A stretch of DNA of 64,000 nt from Bacteroidaceae bacterium (GTDB lineage Bacteria > Bacteroidota > Bacteroidia > Bacteroidales > Bacteroidaceae). Within the stretch, counting starts at the first letter, position 1. The number at the start of each line of letters is the position of its first letter. The position numbers and the translations under genes are program-made. The DNA lies in assembly GCA_017416705.1 (NCBI GenBank), contig JAFQBG010000034.1, positions 1,117 to 65,116 of the forward strand, read 5' to 3'. A model generated the notes under the pieces. It had not been told where the DNA came from, did no database searches, and saw only the letters and a list, made by a program, of their open reading frames with translations. Positions 28,022 to 38,907 of this stretch are shown here, piece after piece.

Positions 28022-29095
28022 ATGAATATGAGAGTATTGGTGGGCATGAGTGGCGGCATTGACAGTACGGCTGTCTGCAAATTGCTGTTGGAGCAGGGTT
28101 ACGAGGTTATTGGCTTTACATTCATTACCTGTGACGCTGCCGAATCCTCGGCACACGAGGCTGCGCAGCTTGCCCATCGCTTGGGTATAGAGCATCATAT
28201 AGCCGATATAAGAAAAGAATTCCATGCCTCGGTGGTTATGCCGTTTGTTCAGGCCTATCTGTCGGGGACCACGCCGAACCCATGTGTCAATTGTAATCCG
28301 CAGGTGAAATTTCGTCTGTTGCAGGAGTGGGCCGACAAATTGGGCTGCGATAAAATAGCAACGGGGCATTATGTGAAAAAATATTTCTCCAATGGCAAAT
28401 ACTATCTTGTGTCGGGCGATGACGAGCGTAAAGACCAAAGCTATTTTTTGTGGAGGCTGACTCAGTCGCAGTTGCAGCGGGTGATATTCCCCTTGGGCGA
28501 GTGGGAAAAAGGCGATGTACGCAGCTATCTCAAAAATAACAATCTCGAAAAGACCGCCGATAGCGACGAGAGCATGGAAATCTGTTTCATACAAGGCGAT
28601 TACCGCGATTTCATCATGAAAAACCTTCCCGACGGGAACGAACCTATGCGCGAAGGCTCATTCGTCGATAGCGAGGGTAGGGTGCTGGGGCGTCACAAAG
28701 GCTGTTCGTTATACACAATAGGACAACGCAAAGGGCTTGGCGTTGCGCTTGGATACCCTGCATACGTAATAAAAATAAATCCCGAAAAAAATACGGTGAT
28801 GCTTGGTCGCGAAGAACAACTGAAAACCATGCACATGCTTATAGATGCCCCGATGTGGGTTGATACCATGCCGATGGAAAATCTGTCGGTGCGCATACGC
28901 TATCGTAGCAAACCGTTGCCATGCGAACCGCCTCGGCTCCTTCCCGATGGCCGATACTTGGTGCGTTTCATGCAGCAAGCCTCGGCGGTAACACCGGGGC
29001 AGTCTGCGGTGTTTTATGTAGAAAATAAAGTTGTGGGGGGTGCCGTAATATCCTCGCAACGCGGTATTAATCAATGGATAACAACCAATGAATGA
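28022..29095 (+). CDS. mnmA: tRNA 2-thiouridine(34) synthase
   Basis: 357 aa with PP-loop VLVGMSGGIDSTAV and conserved Cys residues. Confidence 0.9.
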   Translation: MNMRVLVGMSGGIDSTAVCKLLLEQGYEVIGFTFITCDAAESSAHEAAQLAHRLGIEHHIADIRKEFHASVVMPFVQAYLSGTTPNPCVNCNPQVKFRLLQEWADKLGCDKIATGHYVKKYFSNGKYYLVSGDDERKDQSYFLWRLTQSQLQRVIFPLGEWEKGDVRSYLKNNNLEKTADSDESMEICFIQGDYRDFIMKNLPDGNEPMREGSFVDSEGRVLGRHKGCSLYTIGQRKGLGVALGYPAYVIKINPEKNTVMLGREEQLKTMHMLIDAPMWVDTMPMENLSVRIRYRSKPLPCEPPRLLPDGRYLVRFMQQASAVTPGQSAVFYVENKVVGGAVISSQRGINQWITTNE

Positions 29096-30287
29096 AAATC
29101 CTCTGACACTGTACGCGCTTAACAACGTTGTGCGTAATGCGGTTGCCGACGCATTGCCCTCGCGCTATTGGGTGGTGGGCGAGTTAAGCGAAGTACGCGA
29201 AACGGCACAAGGGCACTGCTATATAGAACTAGTCCAACGCGACGAGGAGACAGGAAATATAGTGGCAAAGGCTCGCGGTACTATATGGTCCAGAGTATAT
29301 ACCCTGTTGCGCCCCTATTTTCTTGAACAGACAGGCCTGCGTTTTGCAGCCGACATAAAAGTCCTGCTGCAAGTAACAGTAGGCTTCCATGAACTCTATG
29401 GCTACGCCTTGGATGTTTGCGACATAGAACCCACCTATACATTGGGCGAGGCTGCACGTCGCAAACAGCTTGTTTTGAACCGTTTGGAGCAGGAGGGTGT
29501 GATAAATCTGAATAAAGAACTATCCATCCCGTTGCTTCCTCGCAGAATAGCAGTCATATCCTCTTCGTTTGCCGCCGGGTATGGCGATTTTTGTGACCAA
29601 CTGGCTAATAACCCCTATGGTTTTGTCTTTTACCCCGCCCTTTTTGCCTCGCCCATGCAAGGCGACAAGGTGGAGCAGGGTATAATTTCGGCATTGAACC
29701 GCATTGCGCAGAATGTCGAGCAGTGGGATGTGGTGGTTATTATACGTGGCGGCGGTGCCACAAGCGACCTATCCTGCTTCGACAAATATGATTTGGCCAA
29801 TAACTGTGCCCAATTTCCGTTGCCAATAATAACGGGAATAGGGCATCAGCGCGACGACACTGTACTCGACGCAGTGGCACATACCCGGGTGAAGACACCT
29901 ACCGCCGCCGCCGAAATACTTATACACGCCATGGCTGTGCAGGCAGCACGTATAGATAATATACGCACAAATATCGTCGATGGCGTGCGCAAAGCCATGT
30001 CCGACGCCCGCCGTCGTCTGCATTTGGTGGCGCGAAGCATGCCGGTGGCAACAGCCCTGTTCATGCAGGAGCATCATCATAAATTGGATATGTGGCAACA
30101 GCTATTGCAGTCGGCATCGCCCGAGAACATACTTGCAATGGGCTACACGCTCACCACATGCAATGGAAAACCAATACGTTCCGTCTCCGATGTGGGTGCG
30201 GGTGAAATAGTGGTTACACACCTTGCCGATGGCAGTTTCGAAAGTACCGTTAACAAGAAAAATCTAAATATAAAAAACAATGGATAA
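29088..30287 (+). CDS. xseA: exodeoxyribonuclease VII large subunit
   Basis: 399 aa with an OB-fold N-terminus (YWVVGELSE...GHCYIEL) and the IIRGGGA motif. Overlaps xseB. Confidence 0.9.
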   Translation: MNENPLTLYALNNVVRNAVADALPSRYWVVGELSEVRETAQGHCYIELVQRDEETGNIVAKARGTIWSRVYTLLRPYFLEQTGLRFAADIKVLLQVTVGFHELYGYALDVCDIEPTYTLGEAARRKQLVLNRLEQEGVINLNKELSIPLLPRRIAVISSSFAAGYGDFCDQLANNPYGFVFYPALFASPMQGDKVEQGIISALNRIAQNVEQWDVVVIIRGGGATSDLSCFDKYDLANNCAQFPLPIITGIGHQRDDTVLDAVAHTRVKTPTAAAEILIHAMAVQAARIDNIRTNIVDGVRKAMSDARRRLHLVARSMPVATALFMQEHHHKLDMWQQLLQSASPENILAMGYTLTTCNGKPIRSVSDVGAGEIVVTHLADGSFESTVNKKNLNIKNNG

Positions 30288-30495
30288 AATAATGAAATAT
30301 AGCGATGCCATAGCCTCGTTGGAGTCGATAATGGCCGACATACAAAAAGGAAATCTCGACATTGACGTGTTGTCCTTGAAAATATCCGAAGCAAAATCGC
30401 TCATAGCCTTTTGCAAGGAGCATTTATACAAAGTCGATGCCGAGGTAAAAAAAATGCTCGAAGATATAGCCGATGACGAAGGCTGCGAAGCATAA
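30280..30495 (+). CDS. xseB: exodeoxyribonuclease VII small subunit
   Basis: 71-aa helical protein, translationally coupled to xseA with an 8-nt overlap. Confidence 0.8.
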   Translation: MDKIMKYSDAIASLESIMADIQKGNLDIDVLSLKISEAKSLIAFCKEHLYKVDAEVKKMLEDIADDEGCEA

Positions 30496-30533
30496 AAAAA
30501 CTGCCCGAACGTTTTTTTTCGGTAATTTATGCG

Positions 30534-30541
30534 TATCTTCG
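30534..30541 (+). promoter_or_regulatory. variant -7 box TATCTTCG for ilvE
   Basis: TAnnTTCG followed by CA, 49 nt upstream of the ilvE ATG. Confidence 0.35.
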
Positions 30542-30590
30542 CAACTGAATAAATATTTTAGTAATCAGGAACAACAAAAACTATATAACA

Positions 30591-31613
30591 ATGAAAGCTA
30601 TCGATTGGTCTAATATTGGTTTTGGATATAGAAAAACCGACTACAATGTGCGCTGTCGTTACAGCAACGGCAAGTGGGGCGAAATAGAAGTGAGCAGCGA
30701 AGAAAGTATAAATATACACATGGCTGCAACCTGTTTGCACTATGGTCAGGAGGCGTTCGAGGGGCTTAAAGCCTTTCGTGGAAAGGACGGCAAGGTGCGT
30801 ATTTTCCGTTTGGAGGCCAATGCCGAGCGTTTGCAAAACACATGCGACGGTATTCTTATGCCGCAAGTGAGCACAGAACTTTTCCGCAATATGGTGAAAA
30901 AGGTAGTGGAGCTTAACAAAGACTACATACCTCCCTACGAGAGCGGCGCGTCGCTCTATATTCGTCCGTTGCTCATAGGTACAAGCGCACAAGTGGGCGT
31001 ACATCCGGCAAGCGAGTATTTGTTCATAATATTTGTTACTCCTGTCGGCCCATACTTCAAAGGCGGTTTCTCTACCAATCCCTATGTGATAATACGTGAG
31101 TACGACCGCTCGGCTCCATTGGGTACAGGCCGCTACAAGGTAGGTGGCAACTATGCCGCAAGCCTTAAAGCCAACCAGCTGGCACACGAGAAAGGCTATT
31201 CGTGTGAATTCTATTTAGATGCCAAAGAGAAAAAATATATAGACGAGTGCGGAGCAGCCAATTTCATTGGAATAAAAAATAATACATACGTGACACCGCT
31301 TTCAACCTCCATACTCCCCTCAATAACCAATCGCAGCCTTCAACAGTTGGCAAAAGATATGGGCTTGACAGTGGAGCAACGTCCTATCCCCGAGGAGGAA
31401 CTATCTACATTCGAGGAGGCAGGAGCATGTGGCACAGCAGCCGTCATATCGCCCATAGAGCGCATCGACGACCTTGAACGCGGAACATCCTATGTCATAT
31501 CCAAGGATGGCAAGCCCGGTCCTGTGTGTACAGCCTTGTATAACAAATTACGTGCCATACAATATGGCGATGAACCCGATACATACGGTTGGGTTACTGT
31601 ACTCGATATTTAA
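30591..31613 (+). CDS. ilvE: branched-chain amino acid aminotransferase
   Basis: 340-aa class IV aminotransferase (LHYGQEAFEGLKAF, EFYLDAKEKKYIDECGAANF). Confidence 0.9.
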   Translation: MKAIDWSNIGFGYRKTDYNVRCRYSNGKWGEIEVSSEESINIHMAATCLHYGQEAFEGLKAFRGKDGKVRIFRLEANAERLQNTCDGILMPQVSTELFRNMVKKVVELNKDYIPPYESGASLYIRPLLIGTSAQVGVHPASEYLFIIFVTPVGPYFKGGFSTNPYVIIREYDRSAPLGTGRYKVGGNYAASLKANQLAHEKGYSCEFYLDAKEKKYIDECGAANFIGIKNNTYVTPLSTSILPSITNRSLQQLAKDMGLTVEQRPIPEEELSTFEEAGACGTAAVISPIERIDDLERGTSYVISKDGKPGPVCTALYNKLRAIQYGDEPDTYGWVTVLDI

Positions 31614-31641
31614 AAAACAATAATTTAATCTATTTAAGAAA

Positions 31642-32274
31642 ATGGAGCCTAATTCAGAAAAAAAAATCAATTCAAAATTTTTTAGAGACGCAGCATGGCA
31701 ACAACTGTCGGGAAATTGGTCATCGGCAGTAATATTTACTCTTGTATATTTTATAATAGTTGTAGCTGCCTCATCTATTGGGGAATGTCTTGGAATTTCC
31801 TCGTTGATAATGATTGTCATTTATCCGATGGCTTATTCCTATTCTATTTCGTTCCTCGAAAATAAACGTAGCGGTAGTAATCTGAAAATAGAGAACCTTT
31901 TCAGTGAGTATAAGTCAAAAAACTTTGTGCGAATTATACTCACAGTCCTATTGGTTATTATTTATACATTATTGTGGACTTTACTGTTTATTATTCCGGG
32001 TATAATAAAGTCTTGCGCTTATTCTCAAACATACTATGTGCTCAGGGATAATCCCGAACTGCAATATAACGCAGCAATAGAACGCAGTATGGCTATGATG
32101 GAAGGTCATAAAATGCAATATTTTCTGCTTCAACTCTCCTTTATAGGTTGGTGTTTGCTTACAATATTAACATTCGGAGTGCTTTCTTTTTGGGTAGTTC
32201 CTTATATGTCATGTACAATGGCTCATTACTATGAATATGTGAAAGAGGAGTACGAAAAGAAAAATGCTCAATAA
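31642..32274 (+). CDS. DUF975-like integral membrane protein
   Basis: 210 aa. The N-terminus [26 protein letters not shown] and 4-5 TM helices resemble DUF975 from memory. Confidence 0.6.
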   Translation: MEPNSEKKINSKFFRDAAWQQLSGNWSSAVIFTLVYFIIVVAASSIGECLGISSLIMIVIYPMAYSYSISFLENKRSGSNLKIENLFSEYKSKNFVRIILTVLLVIIYTLLWTLLFIIPGIIKSCAYSQTYYVLRDNPELQYNAAIERSMAMMEGHKMQYFLLQLSFIGWCLLTILTFGVLSFWVVPYMSCTMAHYYEYVKEEYEKKNAQ

Positions 32275-32279
32275 GTATC

Positions 32280-33038
32280 ATGGCAAAAGGAAAATTACAG
32301 AAATTTGCAGATATGCGCAGTTATCCGAATGTGGTGGAACACCCATACTCGGTAGCCGATGATATGGAATTTGCACTCAAAGGCTGTTGGGGACGCGACT
32401 TCTTTAAAAACAACAATCCGATAGTGTTGGAACTCGGTTGTGGCAGGGGCGAATATACAGTGGCCCTTGCGCGTCGTTGTCCCGACAAAAATTTCATTGG
32501 TGTGGACATAAAAGGAGCCCGCATGTGGAGCGGTGCCACCGAGGCTATTGCCGACGGCCTGCATAACGTCGCCTTTTTGCGTACAAACATCGAAATAATA
32601 GACCGCTTGTTCGCGGCAGGCGAAGTCAGCGAGATATGGCTCACATTCCCCGACCCGCAAATGAAAAAAGCGACAAAGCGTCTTACCTCGTCGTTGTTCC
32701 TGCAACGCTATCGTAATATATTATCGTCCGACGCTGTTGTGCACCTGAAAACCGATAGTAATTTCCTTTTTACATATACCAAGTACATAACAAAGGTAAA
32801 CAATTTGCAAGTATTGCAATGTATAGACAATGTACATGCACAGGAAACCCCCGATGAAATATTGTCGATACGCACATACTACGAGTCGCAATGGATAGAG
32901 CGTGGCATAGATATAAAATATATATCGTTCCGTCTGTCGCAGTGCAATGTATTCAATGAACCCGATGTCGAGATAGAACTCGATGAATATCGTAGCTACA
33001 ACCGCAGCAAGCGCAGTTCCTTGCAAACCCGTAAATGA
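32280..33038 (+). CDS. trmB: tRNA (guanine(46)-N7)-methyltransferase
   Basis: 252 aa with SAM motif [11 protein letters not shown] and FPDPQMKK. Confidence 0.9.
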   Translation: MAKGKLQKFADMRSYPNVVEHPYSVADDMEFALKGCWGRDFFKNNNPIVLELGCGRGEYTVALARRCPDKNFIGVDIKGARMWSGATEAIADGLHNVAFLRTNIEIIDRLFAAGEVSEIWLTFPDPQMKKATKRLTSSLFLQRYRNILSSDAVVHLKTDSNFLFTYTKYITKVNNLQVLQCIDNVHAQETPDEILSIRTYYESQWIERGIDIKYISFRLSQCNVFNEPDVEIELDEYRSYNRSKRSSLQTRK

Positions 33039-33059
33039 AATAATAAAAAATAAAATATT

Positions 33060-33362
33060 ATGCTTAAACATATCGTCATGTGGCGTTTTGTCGATGGCGC
33101 CGAGGGAAAAAGCCGAATGGAGCACGCACAGTGGATGAAAGAGCATCTTGAAGCGTTGGTAGGTGTTGTTCCGCAGATACGCTCGTTGGAAGTGGGTGTT
33201 TCGTGTTTTCCCGACAAAGCAGGCTACGACGCAGTGCTCATATCGACCTTCGACGACAAGGAGGCTATGGATAGTTACAAGGTACACCCCGCACACGTGG
33301 CAGTGTCGGAATATTGCAAGAAAGTACGCGAGAGTCGTGTCGATATAGATTACGAAGTATAA
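33060..33362 (+). CDS. Dabb (stress-responsive alpha/beta barrel) family protein
   Basis: 100 aa with MLKHIVMWRF...HPAHVAV, typical of Dabb proteins. Confidence 0.75.
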   Translation: MLKHIVMWRFVDGAEGKSRMEHAQWMKEHLEALVGVVPQIRSLEVGVSCFPDKAGYDAVLISTFDDKEAMDSYKVHPAHVAVSEYCKKVRESRVDIDYEV

Positions 33363-33431
33363 TCGGTCTGTATTTCGGCATTGTCGCGAATATAAAAAGT
33401 TATTCATAAACCATACATAACAAAAATAGCA

Positions 33432-34538
33432 ATGGCATTATATCCTAAATTAATACTCGATGCCCTCGAAAAAGTACGCTATCCCGGCAACGGCAAAAAT
33501 CTTGTCGAGGCCGATATGGTAGACGATAATATACGTATCGACGGAAATAAAGTGACATTCTCGCTTATATTCGAAAAGCCAACCGACCCGTTCATACGTT
33601 CGGTGGTTAAATCGGCCGAGACAGCCATCCTCACCTACGTCGGCAAGGATGTCGATATAGTAGGCAATATAAGCGTGGTGAGCCGTCAGCAGGCACGCCC
33701 CGAGGTTGGCAAATTCCTGCCTCAGGTGAAAAACGTCATAGCAATATCCTCGGGCAAAGGCGGTGTGGGCAAGTCCACAGTGTCGGCCAATCTGGCTATT
33801 GCCCTTGCACGCTTGGGCTATAAGGTAGGCCTTCTCGATGCCGACATATTCGGTCCATCCATACCCAAAATGTTCAGCGTCGAGGACGAGCGTCCGTACA
33901 GCGAGCGCATAGACGGGCGCGACCTCATTATCCCCGTCGAAAAATTCGGAGTGAAAATACTGTCGATAGGCTTCTTTGTCGATCCCGAACAAGCCATCCT
34001 GTGGCGCGGCAGCATGGCAAGCAACGCACTGAAACAGCTGATTGCCGATGCCAATTGGGGCGACTTGGACTATTTCCTCATCGACCTGCCTCCCGGCACA
34101 AGCGACATACACCTGACGATAGTACAAAGCCTTGCCCTTACAGGCGCATTGGTGGTGACAACGCCGCAGGAAGTGGCCCTTGCCGCCGCTATAAAAGGCG
34201 TCAATATGTTTACAAACGAAAAAGTGGCTGTGCCCATCCTTGGCGTAGTCGAAAATATGGCATGGTTCACCCCAGCCGAACTGCCGCAGAACAAATACTA
34301 TATATTCGGCAAGGAGGGTGGAAAACGCATGGCCGAGGCATTTAACATATCGCTCATAGGGCAGATACCGCTTGTGCAAAGCATTTGCGAAAGCGGCGAT
34401 GCCGGCCTTCCCATAGCCATGAAAGCCGACTCGCCCGACGGACAGGCATTCCTTGCCCTTGCAGCCTCGCTTGTGGAACGCACCGAACAACGCAATAAGG
34501 AATTGCCACCCACCAATATCGTGGGAATGCGCAGATAA
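33432..34538 (+). CDS. apbC: Mrp/NBP35 family iron-sulfur cluster carrier ATPase
   Basis: 368 aa with an N-terminal DUF59-like region and the deviant Walker [18 protein letters not shown]. Confidence 0.9.
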   Translation: MALYPKLILDALEKVRYPGNGKNLVEADMVDDNIRIDGNKVTFSLIFEKPTDPFIRSVVKSAETAILTYVGKDVDIVGNISVVSRQQARPEVGKFLPQVKNVIAISSGKGGVGKSTVSANLAIALARLGYKVGLLDADIFGPSIPKMFSVEDERPYSERIDGRDLIIPVEKFGVKILSIGFFVDPEQAILWRGSMASNALKQLIADANWGDLDYFLIDLPPGTSDIHLTIVQSLALTGALVVTTPQEVALAAAIKGVNMFTNEKVAVPILGVVENMAWFTPAELPQNKYYIFGKEGGKRMAEAFNISLIGQIPLVQSICESGDAGLPIAMKADSPDGQAFLALAASLVERTEQRNKELPPTNIVGMRR

Positions 34539-34561
34539 TTAGTTCGGCGTAAAGGAATTAA

Positions 34562-34596
34562 AATTGTGCAATGAACTCATTGCACAATTTTTTTTG
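34562..34596 (+). terminator. intrinsic terminator after apbC
   Basis: AATTGTGCAATG-AACT-CATTGCACAATT, a 12-bp stem followed by TTTTTT. Confidence 0.8.
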
Positions 34597-34737
34597 CAAA
34601 AAAAGTCTATAATACTTGTCTAATTGTAAAATATACTTTACATTTGTGCCGTCGCCATGAATTATTGAATCGTATTGCCGGCTTGATTCGTGTATCTTGG
34701 TGATGGGTATTATGTATTACAACTAAAATTTAAAATT

Positions 34738-35160
34738 ATGAAAACATCTTTTCTGTTGCCCAACAAATGTAAAAAATTGGGTAAGGCCATTTTTGTTATT
34801 TCGGCCATATTGGGATTCTATATCCTTTTTATAGAGGAATCCTACGCTGACGGTTTTTTGATTTTCGACAGCTGGCAGGCAGTGAAAAATAATATAGCCA
34901 TAATAGGCTCATTGCTTGGGCTTGCTCTTGTTGCCTTCTCCAAGGAGCGTGTCGAGGACGAACTTGTCATGTGGCTCCGAGCCGATGCCATGATAAAAGC
35001 CCTTTGGCTTAGCTGTGTACTTGTTTTTCTGTGCGCGCTTTTTCTGTATGGCGGTATCTACTTTTATTATCTGTCTGTTGCGCAATATATTGTACTATTG
35101 CTATATATATTTATATTTCGTTACAACATGTATAAACATATAAAAAACAATGAAGAATAA
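34738..35160 (+). CDS. hypothetical multi-pass membrane protein (partner of small XRE regulator)
   Basis: About 140 aa from ATG 34738 (the ORF-track start 34690 is GTG), with 4 predicted TM helices. Overlaps the downstream HTH gene by 11 nt. Confidence 0.55.
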   Translation: MKTSFLLPNKCKKLGKAIFVISAILGFYILFIEESYADGFLIFDSWQAVKNNIAIIGSLLGLALVAFSKERVEDELVMWLRADAMIKALWLSCVLVFLCALFLYGGIYFYYLSVAQYIVLLLYIFIFRYNMYKHIKNNEE

Positions 35161-35350
35161 TATAAGAGTGGAACGCGCTATACATGGTATTTCGCAGCAA
35201 CAACTTGCCGATTCGGTTGGTGTCAGCCGTCAGACGATAAATGCTATCGAAAAGGGGCGTTTCGTTCCTTCTACGGTGCTGGCGATGAAGATAGCCCGTT
35301 ATTTCAACAAGAATGTCGAGATGGTGTTTGCTTTGGAAGAGGGTGATTGA
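35150..35350 (+). CDS. XRE-family helix-turn-helix transcriptional regulator (short, 66 aa)
   Basis: ISQQQLADSVGVSRQTINAIEKGRFVPS is a canonical Cro/C1-type HTH. Confidence 0.85.
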   Translation: MKNNIRVERAIHGISQQQLADSVGVSRQTINAIEKGRFVPSTVLAMKIARYFNKNVEMVFALEEGD

Positions 35351-35364
35351 AAATACCGCTGTAT

Positions 35365-35589
35365 CTATTTTCCCGAATATGTGACATAAAAATAAAAGCC
35401 GATGGCAGCGGCAATGAGCAATACGCCCATTGTGCCGTAGAACCATCGGCTTTTTTCGCGTCCCAACTGTTTCGTCGCAAAAGCGGCATTTCGTGTGCCG
35501 AAAAACCAATCCCAATTGAACAAGGCTGCCGATAGGGATAGCAACCCGGTGACGAGGAACAGTGTTTGTATTATGTGGTGAATGAACAT
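35365..35589 (-). CDS. small 2-TM protein, Imm17-like
   Basis: 74 aa with two TM helices and a central FNWDWFFGTRNA motif. It resembles the predicted immunity protein family Imm17, from memory and unverified. Confidence 0.5.
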   Translation of the reverse strand: MFIHHIIQTLFLVTGLLSLSAALFNWDWFFGTRNAAFATKQLGREKSRWFYGTMGVLLIAAAIGFYFYVTYSGK

Positions 35590-35601
35590 GTTGCAGTGCG
35601 A

Positions 35602-36642
35602 TTATTCCTCTTTTAGGGCGTTCCAACCTTGTGCACGCAATTCCATTTCTACGCCGTCGCGTGTAATCATGGCATTGCCCATGTCGCTGCCTACGATGTG
35701 TCCTATTATGTGTACATCCTTCATGGAGGCTACCTTCTCGTGGTCGGCAATGGGTACGGTGAACAGCAATTCGTAGTCCTCGCCGCCGTTAAGGGCGCAT
35801 GTGACAACGTTTATATTCAGTTCCTCGGCCATTATGGCTGTTTGGTAGTCGATGGGTATGCGCTCCTCGTATATACGGCAACCGACTTTGCTCTGCTTGC
35901 ATATATGTATGAGCTCCGACGATAGTCCGTCCGATATGTCTATCATTGCCGTCGGCGTTATATTCTCCTTGCGCAGTGCTTCTACGATGTCCTTGCGTGC
36001 CTCGGGTTTTAGCTGACGCTCCAAAATATATTCCTTGCCCGAAAAATCGGGTTGAATATCCTTGCCTGCTGTTGCAATCTTCTCGCGTTCAAGCAGTTGT
36101 AGTCCCATATATGCCGCTCCAAGGTTGCCGCTGACGCATATAAGGTCGGTGGCTTTGGCTCCGCTGCGTTTCACTGCTGTGCCTTTTGGAGCTGTGCCTA
36201 TAACGGTGATGCTTATGGCAAAACCGGTGAGCGAGGATGTGGTGTCACCACCAATTATATCTACATTGTGCTGCGAGCATGCAAGACGCAACCCGTCATA
36301 GAAATCCTCTAAATCCTCTATGCAGAATTTTTTGCTTAATGCCACCGATACTGTCATTTGCTTGGGCGTTCCGTTCATGGCATATATATCCGAAAAATTT
36401 ACCATGGCGGCTTTGTAGCCAAGGTGCTTCAACGGAAAATATGTCAGGTCGAAGTGGATGCCTTCCATGAGCATGTCGGTGCTCACAAGCAGTTCCTCGT
36501 GGTTGTCGATATGCAGGATGGCTGCATCGTCGCCCACCCCCATAATGCTCTCTTTGTTCATGGGGGTAAGCTCCGATGTCAGGTGTTCTATGAGTCCGAA
36601 CTCGCCAAGGGTGGCTATTTCGGTTCTTTTGCCTCTGTTCAT
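35602..36642 (-). CDS. thiL: thiamine-monophosphate kinase
   Basis: 346-aa AIR-synthase-like fold (GVGDDAAIL, GGDTTSS). Confidence 0.85.
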   Translation of the reverse strand: MNRGKRTEIATLGEFGLIEHLTSELTPMNKESIMGVGDDAAILHIDNHEELLVSTDMLMEGIHFDLTYFPLKHLGYKAAMVNFSDIYAMNGTPKQMTVSVALSKKFCIEDLEDFYDGLRLACSQHNVDIIGGDTTSSLTGFAISITVIGTAPKGTAVKRSGAKATDLICVSGNLGAAYMGLQLLEREKIATAGKDIQPDFSGKEYILERQLKPEARKDIVEALRKENITPTAMIDISDGLSSELIHICKQSKVGCRIYEERIPIDYQTAIMAEELNINVVTCALNGGEDYELLFTVPIADHEKVASMKDVHIIGHIVGSDMGNAMITRDGVEMELRAQGWNALKEE

Positions 36643-36645
36643 CTG

Positions 36646-37455
36646 TTATGCTCTGTTTACTATCTCGCGGAATATTGTGGTCATGCGGGGTTGTGCCTCG
36701 TCGGCAGCCTTTTGTACCTCCTCGTGGCTTACTTCCACAACGACACCCTCTATTCCCAAGTCGGTGATTACCGAAATACCGAATACGCGTATTCCGCAGT
36801 GGCGGGCTACTATTACCTCGGGTACGGTGGACATGCCTACTGCATCGCCACCCATGCGGTGGAACATGACATATTCGGCTGGTGTCTCAAATGTGGGGCC
36901 TTGGGTGCCAAGGTACACGCCCTCGACTACTCGTATGCCTTTTTCGGCTGCTATCTCCTTGGCCATGGCTATCAGCTCGGGGCTGTACGCCTTGCTCATG
37001 TCGGGGAAACGGTCGCCATAGGGGATGTTCTTTCCGCGCAATGGATGCTCGGGGAACATATTTATATGGTCATTTATAATCATCAGGTCGCCAATGAGGA
37101 AATCGGGGTTCATGCCGCCTGCTGCATTGGACACGAACAGTGTTTTAATGCCAAGCTCGCGCATGACGCGTACGGGGAATGTTACCTCCTTCATTGAATA
37201 GCCCTCGTAATAATGGAAACGACCTTGCATGGCCATAATCTCCTTGTTGCCGAGCTTGCCGAATATTAGTTTGCCCGAGTGGCCCTCTACCGTAGATAGC
37301 GGAAAATTGGGAATATCCTTGTATTCAATTTCGTATTTGTCGGTAATTTCGTTAACTAAACTACCCAATCCTGTACCTAATATAATGGCTGTCTCGGGGT
37401 GGGTTGTCATTTTTGCCTTTAAGAAATCGGCGGTCTCTTTAATTTTTTCTAACAT
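36646..37455 (-). CDS. purine-nucleoside phosphorylase
   Basis: 269-aa PNP/MTAP family protein ([26 protein letters not shown]). Confidence 0.85.
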   Translation of the reverse strand: MLEKIKETADFLKAKMTTHPETAIILGTGLGSLVNEITDKYEIEYKDIPNFPLSTVEGHSGKLIFGKLGNKEIMAMQGRFHYYEGYSMKEVTFPVRVMRELGIKTLFVSNAAGGMNPDFLIGDLMIINDHINMFPEHPLRGKNIPYGDRFPDMSKAYSPELIAMAKEIAAEKGIRVVEGVYLGTQGPTFETPAEYVMFHRMGGDAVGMSTVPEVIVARHCGIRVFGISVITDLGIEGVVVEVSHEEVQKAADEAQPRMTTIFREIVNRA

Positions 37456-38500
37456 AGTCTGATATTGTTTGGTTAAAAATATTTTTTTCTTCGTTCAAAA
37501 AATCTACCTCGATGGGTAGGGCGTATATATTCTCTTTTATAACACTTGGCAGTTCTGTTTGTGCGGTCAGTCGTGCCGCGTCTTTTTCGGTGGTGATTAT
37601 TATCTTGTTGTTTGTTTTCTCTTTTTCAAATTCATGGGCTACGTTTTGTAATTCCTGAACCGAAAAATTGTGGTGGTCGGCATATTGCATCAGGCGCACT
37701 TTGGCTCCTTGTCGTTCCAGCTCGTTTTTTAGTGGCTGTGGCGCGGCGATGCCTGTGAGCAATAATACGCTGCATCCGTCGAGGCTCGGTGCTTTTCCCT
37801 GTTGCGTGGAAAACAAAGGGTAGGGTTGCCCATATTTCATTGTCGAGAAAAATACCGGTGCGCCTTTTTTGTTGCGTACCGCTCTGCGGCAATATTCTTG
37901 CTGTTGTGCCGTCATTTCGGTGCTGCACTTGGTGATTATTATGATATCGGCTCGTTCCTTTCCTGCCATCGACTCGCGCAGCCTGCCAAACGGGAGAACG
38001 CGGTCATTCCAGATGGGGCGGTTAAAGTCGATTAGCAAAATGTATATCCCTGCCTTTGCGTATCGGTGTTGGTAGGCATCGTCCAGAAGAATGACTTCGG
38101 GCTTGGGACTGCCTTTTAATAGTTGCTCTATTCCATGTACCCGTTTTTCGTCAACAGCAACAATTATATCGGGGTACTTGCTCTTTATTTGAAAGGGTTC
38201 GTCGCCAATCTGCTGCATGGTGGCATGCTCGTCGGCTTTTATGAAGCCTTTGCTCTTTCGTCCATACCCTCGGCTGAGTACAGCAACCGAATACTCATTA
38301 TTTAATAAATTAATAAGATATTCGGTGTGGGGCGTTTTCCCTGTTCCCCCTATGGTGATGTTTCCTATGCATATAGTGGGGATTTCAAAACTACTGCTTT
38401 TTAAAATCCCATGGTCGAATGCACGGTTTCTTGCCCATGTCACCCAATGATAAGGGTTTATGGCATTCAGTATATTATTTATAATATTGCATTTTTTCAT
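37439..38500 (-). CDS. lpxK: tetraacyldisaccharide 4'-kinase
   Basis: Walker [13 protein letters not shown]. The start is set to ATG at 38500 because the ORF-track start at 38503 is TTG. 17-nt overlap with the downstream PNP gene. Confidence 0.85.
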   Translation of the reverse strand: MKKCNIINNILNAINPYHWVTWARNRAFDHGILKSSSFEIPTICIGNITIGGTGKTPHTEYLINLLNNEYSVAVLSRGYGRKSKGFIKADEHATMQQIGDEPFQIKSKYPDIIVAVDEKRVHGIEQLLKGSPKPEVILLDDAYQHRYAKAGIYILLIDFNRPIWNDRVLPFGRLRESMAGKERADIIIITKCSTEMTAQQQEYCRRAVRNKKGAPVFFSTMKYGQPYPLFSTQQGKAPSLDGCSVLLLTGIAAPQPLKNELERQGAKVRLMQYADHHNFSVQELQNVAHEFEKEKTNNKIIITTEKDAARLTAQTELPSVIKENIYALPIEVDFLNEEKNIFNQTISDYVRKN

Positions 38501-38530
38501 CAATGCCTCTTTTGCCTTTGTTCCAAAATG

Positions 38531-38538
38531 CGAATATA
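38531..38538 (-). promoter_or_regulatory. variant -7 box (TATATTCG on minus strand) for lpxK
   Basis: CGAATATA preceded by TG, so TATATTCGCA on the minus strand. 30 nt upstream of ATG 38500. Confidence 0.35.
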
Positions 38539-38764
38539 GCTAAAAAAAATATAAAGCGCACAAAGTTTTCTTGTACTTTTACAAAAAGTATATACGTAAA
38601 GTTGGTTTATTAGTGATATTTAAACTCAATTAACAATTTATGCAAAGGTTTTTGTTTAAATGTTTATGAATTTGAAAAAAAATAGTTACTTTTGCCCGAA
38701 ATTGGTGTGCAAAATATATAATTTTTGTAACTTGCGTCCGTTTATATGTTGGCTGCCATGTTAA

Positions 38765-38852
38765 GGAAAGGTGCTCGAGTGGCTGAAGAGGCACGCCTGG
38801 AAAGCGTGTATACGTCAAAAGCGTATCGGGGGTTCGAATCCCCCTCTTTCCG
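38765..38852 (+). tRNA. tRNA-Ser (anticodon GGA)
   Basis: Cloverleaf by eye: acceptor GGAAAGG/TCTTTCC, anticodon stem CACGC/GCGTG with loop CTGGAAA, a long variable arm (class II), and T-arm GGGGG-TTCGAAT-CCCCC. CCA is not encoded. Confidence 0.9.
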
Positions 38853-38907
38853 CAGAATAAGAAATAATTATTAACATTAAAATAACCAATTTTTAAAAAT
38901 TACACAC

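Noticed and set aside
33450-34490. 346-aa ORF on the minus strand, antisense to apbC
   Set aside because: It lies entirely inside a well-supported gene on the other strand. The composition is Cys/His/Arg/Tyr-rich with no motifs. It is a typical stop-poor antisense frame of a codon-biased gene.
38765-38852. tRNA-Ser as an integration site for a genomic island
   Set aside because: There is no integrase, and I saw no direct repeat of the tRNA 3' end downstream. The flanking genes (lpxK, exbB cluster) are core functions.
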